A DNA stretch of 24,000 nucleotides from an uncultured Collinsella sp. (GTDB taxonomy: Bacteria > Actinomycetota > Coriobacteriia > Coriobacteriales > Coriobacteriaceae), in assembly GCA_900556875.1 (NCBI GenBank), contig USQQ01000001.1, forward strand, positions 118,450 to 142,449, read 5' to 3'. How positions within the stretch are numbered: position 1 is the first letter of the stretch; every line of letters begins with the position of its first letter. Of the stretch, positions 1 through 8,391 are shown piece after piece. The notes below the pieces were generated by a model. That model made no database searches, was not told where the DNA came from, and saw nothing but the letters and a program-made list of their open reading frames with translations. A program made the translations under genes and the position numbers.

Positions 1-133
1 CGGGCCGAAAATCTCGATCTGTAACATCTAGCCGAGGTTTTTGGTCCTACCTGTTACAGATTGAGACAATTCGACGATGCTGAGTATTTGATGCGCCGTG
101 GTACAATTGTGTCCCAACGCAAAGGAGGTACCC

Positions 134-400
134 ATGCCCACCTGTGTGCCCGTCCGAGACATGAAGGACACCGCTGCATTTACCGCGCTTGTTGATTCTG
201 AGCGCGACGTCACCGTAACCAAGAACGGCTACGAGGCCATGCACTGTATCAGCAATGACCAATATCGCCTCATGCAAGACGAAATCGCCAAGGCAAAGCT
301 GCTGTCTCGCATGATGTTGGCAGAAGACGAGATATCGCAAGGCGACTACAGCGACTATGACACCTTCGCGACCGCGATACGAGACAAATATGGCCTATAG
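134..400 (+). CDS. Type II antitoxin, Phd/YefM-like (copy 1)
   Basis: AAGGAGG at 122-128 lies 5 nt before the ATG at 134, which I prefer to the ORF-track start at 98. The N-terminus VPVRDMKD..F..LV....DVTVTKNG.....ISNDQY fits the Phd/YefM fold pattern. The gene overlaps the downstream toxin by 11 nt, which is typical TA coupling. Confidence 0.8.
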   Translation: MPTCVPVRDMKDTAAFTALVDSERDVTVTKNGYEAMHCISNDQYRLMQDEIAKAKLLSRMMLAEDEISQGDYSDYDTFATAIRDKYGL

Positions 401-695
401 CGTCGTAATACTCAAAAGCGCACGATATGAGTACGAGAGTATCGTTGGATACCTTGCCCAAATCCTCAAGAATCCGCGCGCAGCGGGCAATTTTGTCGCT
501 GAGTTTGAATATCAGCTTGATTTGCTTCGCGAGCAGCCGCTCCTACGACCTCTCTCACACATACGAGAGCTGGCGGCACGTAATTACCGATCGTTTCCCG
601 TCAACAACTACACCTGTCTTTACAAGTTTGAGCACGATACGATCTATATCGCCCATGTCTTTCACCAGTCACAGGACTACGCCCGCCTGATCTAG
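390..695 (+). CDS. Type II toxin, RelE/ParE superfamily (copy 1)
   Basis: The 101-aa ORF starts at ATG 390, inside the antitoxin's 3' end. Its size and C-terminal pattern (..YRSFPVNNY.CLYKFE.D.IYIAHVFHQSQDY) are typical of ParE/RelE toxins. Confidence 0.8.
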   Translation: MAYSVVILKSARYEYESIVGYLAQILKNPRAAGNFVAEFEYQLDLLREQPLLRPLSHIRELAARNYRSFPVNNYTCLYKFEHDTIYIAHVFHQSQDYARLI

Positions 696-709
696 CCCCG
701 CGGCATCGG

Positions 710-750
710 CTAGCAAATGACCTGCGTGTGTTCCTCGATGGCGGCGCGAC
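710..750 (-). pseudogene. Remnant of a deoR 3' end (last 12 codons plus stop)
   Basis: The reverse complement reads ..AAIEEHTQVIC*, matching the C-terminus of the intact DeoR at 14210-14974 (..AAIEEHAQVIC*). Homology breaks at 750. Confidence 0.85.
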
Positions 751-763
751 CGCATGCCATCGA

Positions 764-2134
764 TCAGATAAAGATCGTCATATACAGAGGAAGATATATC
801 CTATGCCCTTCAGCCCTGAGCTGTTTTGGGTGAAGAACTATCTCCTCTCCGACTCGTCGTTCAAATCTTCTGCCGAAATCGTCAAGTGAGATTGTTGAAT
901 ACGATTTGGAAGATTTAACTTCAACAGGAGTGACCCGCGGTTTTCTAGCCGCATCTTCAAAGCCGCGCGAAACAAGAAAATCAATCTCACGCGTTCTGGG
1001 ACGACTCCCCTCCGTTTTGGAAGGCTCCTGCCAGCTGTAATAAAAAAGCGAATGCCCCAGACTCTTGAGCTGCTGTGCCACGATATTCTCGATCAACATT
1101 CCTTTATTAATCGAAATTCTTCCAAACTGAATATCTCTATGGACATCCATAAGGTCCGGACCATCATCAAACGCCAAGCTCACGAGCAATCCCGTGTCCG
1201 CCATATAGCATTTAAGCGAAGACGCGTCCTCGTGCAAGCGGTAACCCACGCTCGGATCGCTGCATAAATAGCAACGGTTAATCAGTCGCGCATCCTCAAG
1301 CCAAATTAACGCCGACTCATATGTCTCAAAACGGGACCCTTTCTCCAAGCTGTCAAATTTAAACCGTTTATTTGCCGCAGATAATTGACCCGGAATGTCG
1401 TCATAAACCGCCCGCGCACGTCTAGCGTCCGAACCTCCAAACTTGGCAATGTCCTCCCTGTACAGCGCGATAATCTGCCGTTTAACCCTGTCGCTTCCTC
1501 TAAAATCATTCTCTGCCACAAAGGAATCTACCGACTGAGGCATACCGCCGACAAGCATATACTCATCAAACAATCTCATGCACGTCGCATGAGCACCGTC
1601 CGGAAGCGCGGTCCGAGATTCGCACGCTTTACGGATCTCTTCCGCGTAAAGATCCTTTCCGGTCGCCCAAAGATACTCCTCAAAATCGAGGGGCTCGAGA
1701 GGGATTCTTTCTTCCTCTGACGGAATAACAATGCTTTCGACATTCTTTTTGATGGAGACGAGAGAGCCCGTCTCGATGTAATCAAATCTGCCGTCTTCTA
1801 CAAGATGCTTTATGTATTCGCGCGCGATGGGAAACCGCTGCACTTCATCAAAAATGACCAGTGATTCTCTCGGCACGAGGGCCTTGCCATACTGCAGCTG
1901 AAGCATGCGTAAAAAAAGATCGACATCTTCACGATGATTCAGAAATATATCGAGCGTGGCTTTGCTTGCAGCCGAAAAGTCAATGTAAAGGTAGTCCTTG
2001 TATTCATTTTGCGCGAAGCACTTTACGAGTGTCGTTTTGCCAACGCGTCTTGCACCCTCAATAAGCACCGCAGTGCGCCCTTGCGAGCGTTCTTTCCACT
2101 CCTGCAGACGCTCATATGCCTTCCGTTTAAACAT
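764..2134 (-). CDS. AAA+ ATPase of the AAA_14/DUF4143 (COG1373-like) type with a C-terminal PD-(D/E)xK-like nuclease motif
   Basis: 456-aa ORF. Walker A is GARRVGKTT (aa 27-35) and Walker B is VIFDE (aa 93-97). The C-terminal motifs are GMLIEN (E349), EIDFLV (D385) and VEVK (E405/K407, nt 914-922). GAGGTG lies 6 nt before the ATG. The region is visibly more AT-rich than its flanks. Confidence 0.85.
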   Translation of the reverse strand: MFKRKAYERLQEWKERSQGRTAVLIEGARRVGKTTLVKCFAQNEYKDYLYIDFSAASKATLDIFLNHREDVDLFLRMLQLQYGKALVPRESLVIFDEVQRFPIAREYIKHLVEDGRFDYIETGSLVSIKKNVESIVIPSEEERIPLEPLDFEEYLWATGKDLYAEEIRKACESRTALPDGAHATCMRLFDEYMLVGGMPQSVDSFVAENDFRGSDRVKRQIIALYREDIAKFGGSDARRARAVYDDIPGQLSAANKRFKFDSLEKGSRFETYESALIWLEDARLINRCYLCSDPSVGYRLHEDASSLKCYMADTGLLVSLAFDDGPDLMDVHRDIQFGRISINKGMLIENIVAQQLKSLGHSLFYYSWQEPSKTEGSRPRTREIDFLVSRGFEDAARKPRVTPVEVKSSKSYSTISLDDFGRRFERRVGEEIVLHPKQLRAEGHRIYLPLYMTIFI

Positions 2135-2167
2135 AAGCTCACCTCAGCATAAATTACCTGCTAGTTT

Positions 2168-2250
2168 ACAAAAATACCGACCCTTATATATATCGAATAA
2201 TACAAAAATACCGACCATTGCAATGGTCAGAATACACAATAATACCGAGC
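2168..2250. promoter_or_regulatory. AT-rich upstream region of the ATPase gene with three direct repeats at 34-bp spacing and a 16-bp perfect palindrome
   Basis: ACAAAAATACCGACC occurs perfectly at 2168-2182 and 2202-2216, and at 13/15 as ACAATAATACCGAGC at 2236-2250. The palindrome GACCATTGCAATGGTC is at 2213-2228. Confidence 0.6.
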
Positions 2251-2407
2251 TTTATGTATAACAGATGCTATGCCGCACCGTGAAACAGCCGCAACTCGTC
2301 GCAAAGGGAAACCTATATCTGCGTGCGTACCTATTTGAAAGACAGAAAATGTTGACGCAACAATCCCCTGTGACGGCAGGGGGCAGAAGCATCTCTCGCG
2401 ACGCCAG

Positions 2408-2704
2408 CTAGCAAATAACCTGCGTATGCTCCTCGATGGCGGCGCGATCCTAATCGTCAATATCCGGCTCGCACACCACGGCGTCCAAATTGTCCAAGCG
2501 GCTGAACGTGTAGAAGTCACGCTTGCCGATTTTGCTGGAGTCGGTGATAAGATAGCGCGAACTATCAGGAACCTCGGCGGACGTGCCACTCAAACTCACA
2601 ATAAAATGCCCCTCCCCGATTGCTCGGAGAAGGGCATCTGCATTGGCGTTCTTGCCAAAATCGACGGCGCGCAAGAACGCGCACCCGTCCGCATCAAGAG
2701 TGCG
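2408..2704 (-). pseudogene. Decayed deoR copy: C-terminal sugar-binding-domain fragment with no HTH and an internal TAG
   Basis: Positions 2407-2560 align at the nucleotide level with 14209-14360 of the intact deoR. The translation ..RYLITDSSKIGKRDFYTFSRLDNLDAVVCEPDIDD*DRAAIEEHTQVIC* has an in-frame TAG at 2450-2452. The N-terminal ~160 codons are missing, and the fragment abuts the HPr stop codon. Confidence 0.8.
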
Positions 2705-2977
2705 CTACTCGCCGAAACCGCCCTCAATAAGAGCGACCAACGTGTCAACGGCGGCAACCTCGTCGTCGCCCTCGGCACGCAACTCGACCTCATCGTTCTG
2801 GGTAATACCCGAGGTCATGATGGCAATCATGGACTTAGCGTCCTTGAAGTCACCATCCTTGGAGGCGTTGCGAACCTCAATCTTCGAGGCAAACTTAGCA
2901 GCCTCGGTCGCCAGCGTCGCTGCAGGGCGAGCGTGCAGACCAGTGGGGTTAACGACCATAACGTTCTTGCTATACAT
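2705..2977 (-). CDS. ptsH: PTS phosphocarrier protein HPr
   Basis: 90-aa ORF with the active-site motif GLHARPA (His15 region) and KSMIAIM (Ser46 region). AAGGAG precedes the ATG. Confidence 0.9.
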   Translation of the reverse strand: MYSKNVMVVNPTGLHARPAATLATEAAKFASKIEVRNASKDGDFKDAKSMIAIMTSGITQNDEVELRAEGDDEVAAVDTLVALIEGGFGE

Positions 2978-3115
2978 TTCTAACTCCTTCGTCGTAGACC
3001 GACCAATTCATTTAGCCCAACGCGCGCGTTAGGCAAGGTAGAAGCATGCCGGACATTACGCATGCATACAACAAGTAGGCCGCGGACAACGTCGCCGCGG
3101 CAAATTCACAGGTGA

Positions 3116-3802
3116 CTAGTCCTGATACAGCGGATGCCCCTCAGTGGGAACCACGCGCGTGCCAGCCAGGCAATCGTGAACGCACCGGCGCGCGGGGACG
3201 ATCAGGAACATGAGCAGAGACACCGCTGTAATAATCATGCCCGCGATTTCCCAGTAATAATTCACGTCAACGCGGGTGACAAGCACCATTGTCTCGCGAA
3301 TATATCGGGACACCACATACCCGCTGCCTTCAAGCAAAAAGCCAACGATAACCTGACGCCAAATCAAGCGTCCGACGGAAGGCAAGCCGCCATCAAGCGT
3401 TGCGACACGAACATGCGCGATGCGCTTGCCCGGCGTTTGCCCCGGCCACGCCAGCAACGGAATCAGCACAAAGTATGCGATAGCGGCGAGCACGCACGAT
3501 AGTCCGACCACGATACCGACGCTCCAGGGATACCCCATTGCCTCAAACACGTACAAGTCGGGGAGCATCGCGTTCTTGTGGGTCAGCGCAAGATAAACCA
3601 ACACGGCTGGCAAGCCAGAGACAATACCACCCAAAATCCAGTCGATAACGTACGCGTACAAACGCGACAGCGGGGGCGCCGGCAGAATCGAGGATGCATT
3701 AGCCTTCGATTCCTTGTGAATCTTGCTCACAGTGCTCGCCGCAGGAGAAGGCATCTGCTCCGCGGTCGCCGCACGCGGCCGTTCCTTGCGCTTTTTAGCC
3801 AT
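3116..3802 (-). CDS. RDD-family integral membrane protein
   Basis: It has several hydrophobic helices and a GQTPGKRIAHVRV motif typical of RDD-domain proteins. Its start lies 3 nt after the upstream M24 peptidase stop, suggesting translational coupling. Confidence 0.7.
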   Translation of the reverse strand: MAKKRKERPRAATAEQMPSPAASTVSKIHKESKANASSILPAPPLSRLYAYVIDWILGGIVSGLPAVLVYLALTHKNAMLPDLYVFEAMGYPWSVGIVVGLSCVLAAIAYFVLIPLLAWPGQTPGKRIAHVRVATLDGGLPSVGRLIWRQVIVGFLLEGSGYVVSRYIRETMVLVTRVDVNYYWEIAGMIITAVSLLMFLIVPARRCVHDCLAGTRVVPTEGHPLYQD

Positions 3803-3805
3803 GCG

Positions 3806-4879
3806 CTACCTCACATTCAGAATGCGCAGCTGCTTATCAGTATGGTTAAGCGGGCATGCAACGCCGTCTTTCAACAAGACGTCGTCTTCAATGCGCACGC
3901 CTCCGACTCCAGGAATATATACGCCCGGCTCGCAGGACATGATCATTCCGTTGTCGAGCACAATCTCACCAGAGGGGTTTAGCAGCGGCAAGTCGCCACC
4001 CATGCCGATACCATGACCAAGACCATGGGTGAAATACTCACCGTAACCCGCTTCGTTGATTACACGACGTGCGGCCGCATCCACATCGCGCGCCACCACA
4101 CCGCAACGAATGGTATCGATGCCTGCAAGATGAGCATTCAAAACGGTCTCGTACACATGAGCCATCCGGTCGGTCGGGGCGCCCAGGAAGCACACGCGCG
4201 TCATATCTGACTGATAACCGTTGATCTGCACACCGAAGTCAATCAGGATCGGCTCATGTGCTTGGACCCGACGGTCGGTAGGACGGCCATGAGGCATGGC
4301 GCTGCGCTCGCCGGTGGCAACGATGGTATCGAACGACATTGCCTCGGCACCGGCGGCAATCGAGTAATAGTGCACGAGTGCGGAGATTTCAAATTCAGTC
4401 ATATCCACGTGCAACTGCTCGATCACCTTGGCGTACACGTCATCGGCAACATCGACCGCATGCTGGACCGCAGCAATCTCAGCCTCGTCCTTGCGCAGGC
4501 GCATCAGCGCCATCTCGCTGCCCAGCAGCGTGGTGCCAAAGCCCAAGCCCTCCAAGTTGCGATACTCCGAGATTGAGATTTCGGACTCCTCGATGCCCAC
4601 CGTGGCACAGCCGCACTCCTTGAGTGCACGCTCGAGCTCGACCAAATAGCTCTTCCCCTGTTCGTGAACACGGAACTCCAGATCGAACTCGCGACCCTGG
4701 GCCTCGTTCACATAGCGGCCGTCCATAATGAGAAAACCGCGGTCACGCGTGATGAGCACCTTGCAACCGCTACCGGTCAACGTGCCCAGGTAGCGCTTCA
4801 TGGTTTTACTCTTGATCAGCAATGCGTCGAGCTCGTGCTCGTCCAAGAAGGTACGGATATTATCCACATGTGCATTCAT
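3806..4879 (-). CDS. M24 family metallopeptidase (Xaa-Pro aminopeptidase/dipeptidase, PepP/PepQ/YpdF-like)
   Basis: It has an N-terminal creatinase-like region followed by the pita-bread motifs DFG..ING..SD.TR, HGLGHGIG and EPGVY.PG.GGVRIED. Confidence 0.85.
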   Translation of the reverse strand: MNAHVDNIRTFLDEHELDALLIKSKTMKRYLGTLTGSGCKVLITRDRGFLIMDGRYVNEAQGREFDLEFRVHEQGKSYLVELERALKECGCATVGIEESEISISEYRNLEGLGFGTTLLGSEMALMRLRKDEAEIAAVQHAVDVADDVYAKVIEQLHVDMTEFEISALVHYYSIAAGAEAMSFDTIVATGERSAMPHGRPTDRRVQAHEPILIDFGVQINGYQSDMTRVCFLGAPTDRMAHVYETVLNAHLAGIDTIRCGVVARDVDAAARRVINEAGYGEYFTHGLGHGIGMGGDLPLLNPSGEIVLDNGMIMSCEPGVYIPGVGGVRIEDDVLLKDGVACPLNHTDKQLRILNVR

Positions 4880-4984
4880 CGAACGTAGCGCCTTTCAAAG
4901 GAGCCCGACAATGAAGTCTCCCCCCATCGCCGGGCTTTCATACTTTCAAATTCAGCAGGTACAGGCGCCTGCTATTCCACTTGA

Positions 4985-6352
4985 TTAGAAGTCGAGGTCA
5001 AGATCCTCGAGCAGAGCCTCGTCCTCAGCAGAGATCTCGGAATGTTTCTCGGCAGCCATACGAGCCTCTTCAGCCAATGCACGCTTCTCGGCAACCTTGC
5101 AGAAGGGGTAGTACACGATCAGTGCGAGGACCAGCTGAACCACGTTGGCCGCAATCGAGGTCCAAGACATGTTGGTCAGGAAGCCTTCCAGGAACACACC
5201 GACGTAAGGAGGCGTGAAGGTAGAGCAGGGTACCCAGCCCCAGCTCATGAACCAGAACGGGATGGAGGACAGGATGCCGCCGAAGATAACGAACGGGATA
5301 AAGAAAATCGGATTCAGAACAATCGGAGCACCGAACAGAATCGGCTCGTTTACGCCGAACAGCGACGGGATGAAAGCGATGCGGCCGATCTCGCGCTGGA
5401 CCTTGGACTTGGAGAACATGAACCAGATAACAACGCCCATGGTCACACCCAGGCCGGTGAAACCGCCAAATGCGGACATGGGGCCAGGGGTGAAGATGTG
5501 GGTAGCGACACCACCGGCCTGAACCGCAGCGATGTTCTCAGCCAGGAACTGCGTGGAAATCGGCTGAACAATCGGCGACAGAACGGAGGGGTGAATGCCG
5601 AAGAAGAAGATGAAGCAGCGCAGGATGTGGTAGAAGGTAACCGCGAGCGGGCTGTCCATCGAACCGACGAGCGGGGCCAGGATGATCGAGAAGATCTCGT
5701 TGGGCATGATGCCGAAAACGCCCTGACACAGAACACGGATACCCAAGAACAGGCCGATGACGATAGCGGTGACCGGGATGATCTCGAAGGAGCTCGAGAT
5801 GAAGTCGGGCACGGTATCAGGCATCTTGATGGTGAAGTGACGCTTCTTGCACCAACGGTACACCTCGACCGCGAGTAGCGAAGCGACCATGGCAACAAAC
5901 AGACCCTTGGAACCCATGCCACGCAGCGCGATGCCGCCGGCCTCGTCCATTTCCATGCCGAGCAACAGGAAGGCAACGAGGGCCATGGACATGGAGCCGG
6001 GAGCGTCCAGCTCATAGGACTTGGCCAGGTGGTAGGCGGTAACGACGGAAACGAAGACCGACATCAGGCCCATGGAAACGTTATAGGCCAAATCGAAGTA
6101 CTGGGTGTTGTTCAGAATCCAAACGGAGATGGGGTTGGTCTCGCCAATCATGTTGGGAATGGCGGCCGGGATCAGGCAGAACGAACCAATCAGTAGCAGC
6201 GGGGTCATGGCGATCATGGCCTTCTTAACTGCGGACAGGTGACGTTGCTTGTCCATCTTCTCGGCAACAGGGCCAAGATAGGTGTTCAGCAGGTTTTCGA
6301 ATTTATCAAAGGCACTCTGCTTTTTCTCTACAGCTTCCGACATACGTCGCAT
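4985..6352 (-). CDS. PTS EIIC, lactose/cellobiose family
   Basis: 455-aa polytopic membrane protein whose N-terminus F.K.E..L..Y..P.A....Q.HL.A.K..M is typical of CelB/LicC-type EIIC. It follows EIIB by 30 nt. Confidence 0.85.
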   Translation of the reverse strand: MRRMSEAVEKKQSAFDKFENLLNTYLGPVAEKMDKQRHLSAVKKAMIAMTPLLLIGSFCLIPAAIPNMIGETNPISVWILNNTQYFDLAYNVSMGLMSVFVSVVTAYHLAKSYELDAPGSMSMALVAFLLLGMEMDEAGGIALRGMGSKGLFVAMVASLLAVEVYRWCKKRHFTIKMPDTVPDFISSSFEIIPVTAIVIGLFLGIRVLCQGVFGIMPNEIFSIILAPLVGSMDSPLAVTFYHILRCFIFFFGIHPSVLSPIVQPISTQFLAENIAAVQAGGVATHIFTPGPMSAFGGFTGLGVTMGVVIWFMFSKSKVQREIGRIAFIPSLFGVNEPILFGAPIVLNPIFFIPFVIFGGILSSIPFWFMSWGWVPCSTFTPPYVGVFLEGFLTNMSWTSIAANVVQLVLALIVYYPFCKVAEKRALAEEARMAAEKHSEISAEDEALLEDLDLDF

Positions 6353-6382
6353 CCTCCACTTCAGGAAATATCAAACAGGGGC

Positions 6383-6745
6383 TTACTGGTTTGCCTCGGC
6401 GGCCTCGCGGGCCATGTCAGCCTTCTTCTTGGCGATGAGCAGCTGCTTAAACACGGTAGCACCGTCCATCTTGCCGTAGGTCTCCTGATCGACGATCACG
6501 TATGGGATGTGACGAGGCTCAATCAGGGGCTTGATGGACTCGAGCTTATGGGCGATCTGAGGACCCATAATCAACGCGTCCATGTGGTCGACCTCCTGGT
6601 CCAGCAGGTCGGCAGCGATGGCCTTGAGCTCAAAGTCATCGTCGTTGAGCTTCTGGCTGTTGTGGATCGTCTGCTTGATGCGATCCATCAGCATGGTGGT
6701 GGAGAAACCACCGGCACAGCACAAAACGATGTTCATCTTTGCCAT
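6383..6745 (-). CDS. PTS EIIB, lactose/cellobiose family
   Basis: 120-aa ORF. MNIVLCCAGGFSTTML contains the conserved phosphorylatable Cys of EIIB-Cel. Confidence 0.85.
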   Translation of the reverse strand: MAKMNIVLCCAGGFSTTMLMDRIKQTIHNSQKLNDDDFELKAIAADLLDQEVDHMDALIMGPQIAHKLESIKPLIEPRHIPYVIVDQETYGKMDGATVFKQLLIAKKKADMAREAAEANQ

Positions 6746-6838
6746 TGTTTATCCCTTTCTAACGGCAATTGAATACTGTTGGAGAAGGAACGGACCGCAG
6801 CGCTCGTAGCGCGCATCGCTCCTTCGCAGACGTGTTTC

Positions 6839-7171
6839 TTACGCCTGCTTGGCCTCGGCGTCGCGCTCCTCGAAGATCTTGACGATCTCCTCGATGAGGT
6901 CACGGGCGAGCTGAGAGGTCATGTAGTGATCCTGGGCATGGACCATAAGTAGGCTCGCAGCGGCGGCGTTCTCCGCGCCGGACAGGGCCTGGGTAATCAC
7001 CTCGGTCTGGGCGGCATGGGCGGCCAGATCGGCCTCCTTGGCTTCGGCAAGCAGCGCACGGGCGCCCTCGTAGTCGCGCTCACGCACGCAAGCGAGCGCG
7101 GCGAACGCCTTGCCCTTGCTGGCGCCGGCAGAGCCGATGATGGTCATGATTTGCTGTTCGTTGTTTTCCAC
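6839..7171 (-). CDS. PTS EIIA, lactose/cellobiose family
   Basis: The core ..QQIMTIIGSAGASKGKAFAAL......DYEGA..LL.EA...L..AH..QT..I......LLMVHAQDH.M fits the EIIA-Lac/Cel helical bundle. I chose the GTG start at 7171, preceded by GAAAGGG. The ORF-track start at 7345 would overlap the M42 gene by ~95 nt. An alternative start is the ATG at 7147. Confidence 0.75.
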   Translation of the reverse strand: MENNEQQIMTIIGSAGASKGKAFAALACVRERDYEGARALLAEAKEADLAAHAAQTEVITQALSGAENAAAASLLMVHAQDHYMTSQLARDLIEEIVKIFEERDAEAKQA

Positions 7172-7250
7172 CGGGATAATCCCTTTCTGCTCGGCGGGCA
7201 CGTCACCGCTTTGACGGCGCGCCCGATTGAAACCGTTGACTGCCGAAGCG

Positions 7251-8297
7251 CTACTCGAAGCTCTTAAGCTCCTCATAGGTGACGCGATCGATCGAGGTTG
7301 CCAGCGCGCATACCAGATCGACTGCCGCGTCCAAATCGGCACCACGCATGACAGACCACGAACCGTGGCAGTAGCGCAACGGCACGCCGATCACCGTTGC
7401 CAGCTTGCCGTCTCCCACTAGATGAGCGGTGCCGGCATCGGTGCCGCCGCCCTTGAACAGGTCACGCTGGAAGGGGATGTTGTTCTTCTCGGCGGTGTCC
7501 ACGATGAAGTGCAGCAGCTTCTCGTTGGGGACATGCATGCGGTCGTAGTGCACGATCATGGGGCCGTGGCCGTTCTTGCGGCTGTTATTCCAACCGCGAT
7601 CGAACTCGGGCGGATTAGCGATGTCCACTGGGATGACGATATCGGCATCCAGGTGCGCCGCAGCCGTCTGAGCACCACGGCAGCCAACCTCCTCGGAAGA
7701 GGAACCGGCGAACCACAGCTCGGCTGCGTGCGGGGTGTTGGCCAGGCGCTTCATGGCCTCGGTCACCACATACACACCGGCGCGGTCGTCGAACGCCTTG
7801 CCCAGCAGAATGTCACTCACGGGCTTGAGCTCGCACTCGGCCGCAAAGGTTCCCCAGTCGCCAATCTCAATGCCCAGCTCACGGACTTCTTCAGCCGTCT
7901 CGCAGCCAAAGTCGATGTACATATCGGTCGGAGTGCCGTCGGTATCGCGCTTGGCAAACAACACGCCGCGAACTTTCTCGCCGCTACGCGTCTTGATGCG
8001 CACAATCTGGCTCTCGACGCTGTTCTTACGCGGGCCGCCCACGCCGATCACATGAACCATGCCGATATCGGAAATATAGCGAACCATAAAGCCGGCCTCG
8101 TCCATGTGGCCGGTGAACAGAATGCGGACCGGATTCTCTTCGGTACCCGCGCTCTTAAACATGATCGAACCGAGTTTGTCGTACTCGACGGCGTCGGCGA
8201 TATCGTCAAGCTCGGCATGCATGATGGAGCGGACCTCGCCCTCGCGGCAAGCGACAGCGTCGGCGTTGCTCAAGGCGAACATAAGCTCCTTGTTCAT
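7251..8297 (-). CDS. M42 family metallopeptidase (FrvX/YpdE/CelM-like aminopeptidase)
   Basis: 348-aa ORF with GHMDE.GFMV, FDDR.G and SSEEVG.RGA motifs, which are the M42 metal ligands. It is the first gene of the minus-strand PTS operon. Confidence 0.85.
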   Translation of the reverse strand: MNKELMFALSNADAVACREGEVRSIMHAELDDIADAVEYDKLGSIMFKSAGTEENPVRILFTGHMDEAGFMVRYISDIGMVHVIGVGGPRKNSVESQIVRIKTRSGEKVRGVLFAKRDTDGTPTDMYIDFGCETAEEVRELGIEIGDWGTFAAECELKPVSDILLGKAFDDRAGVYVVTEAMKRLANTPHAAELWFAGSSSEEVGCRGAQTAAAHLDADIVIPVDIANPPEFDRGWNNSRKNGHGPMIVHYDRMHVPNEKLLHFIVDTAEKNNIPFQRDLFKGGGTDAGTAHLVGDGKLATVIGVPLRYCHGSWSVMRGADLDAAVDLVCALATSIDRVTYEELKSFE

Positions 8298-8391
8298 AGG
8301 TAACCCCCCTTGTGGTCGTATGGCGGCGCCCGTAGTGGCGGCGTCTGTATGCGAGTGTATCGACAGCGCGCCGCAAATGATGTATCCGGGC

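Larger units (their letters stand above)
11..750. repeat. Copy 1 of a ~740-bp direct repeat (inverted-repeat hairpin, phd/parE-like module and the last 41 nt of deoR). Its partner is at 13511-14250.
   Basis: The two copies align collinearly without indels at a constant offset of 13,500 nt (ATG 134/13634; stops 400/13900 and 695/14195; deoR stop 710/14210). Similarity disappears left of ~11/13511 and right of ~750/14250. Confidence 0.9.

Noticed and set aside
98-133. The upstream ATG at 98 (and at 13598) as the antitoxin start
   Set aside because: A strong Shine-Dalgarno (AAGGAGG / GAAGGAG) sits directly before the internal ATG at 134/13634. The 12 extra codons would cover that RBS.
2168-2250. 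Regularly spaced repeats (34-bp period) as a possible mini-CRISPR array
   Set aside because: There are only three copies of a 15-bp motif, one of them imperfect. They lie in the promoter region of the ATPase gene with no cas genes nearby. They fit operator or iteron-like sites, not CRISPR repeats.
6839-7345. The 168-aa version of the EIIA ORF
   Set aside because: It would overlap the M42 peptidase gene by ~95 nt and add an Arg/Ser-rich N-terminus foreign to EIIA-Lac/Cel. The GTG at 7171 with an upstream GAAAGGG gives a normal ~110-aa EIIA.
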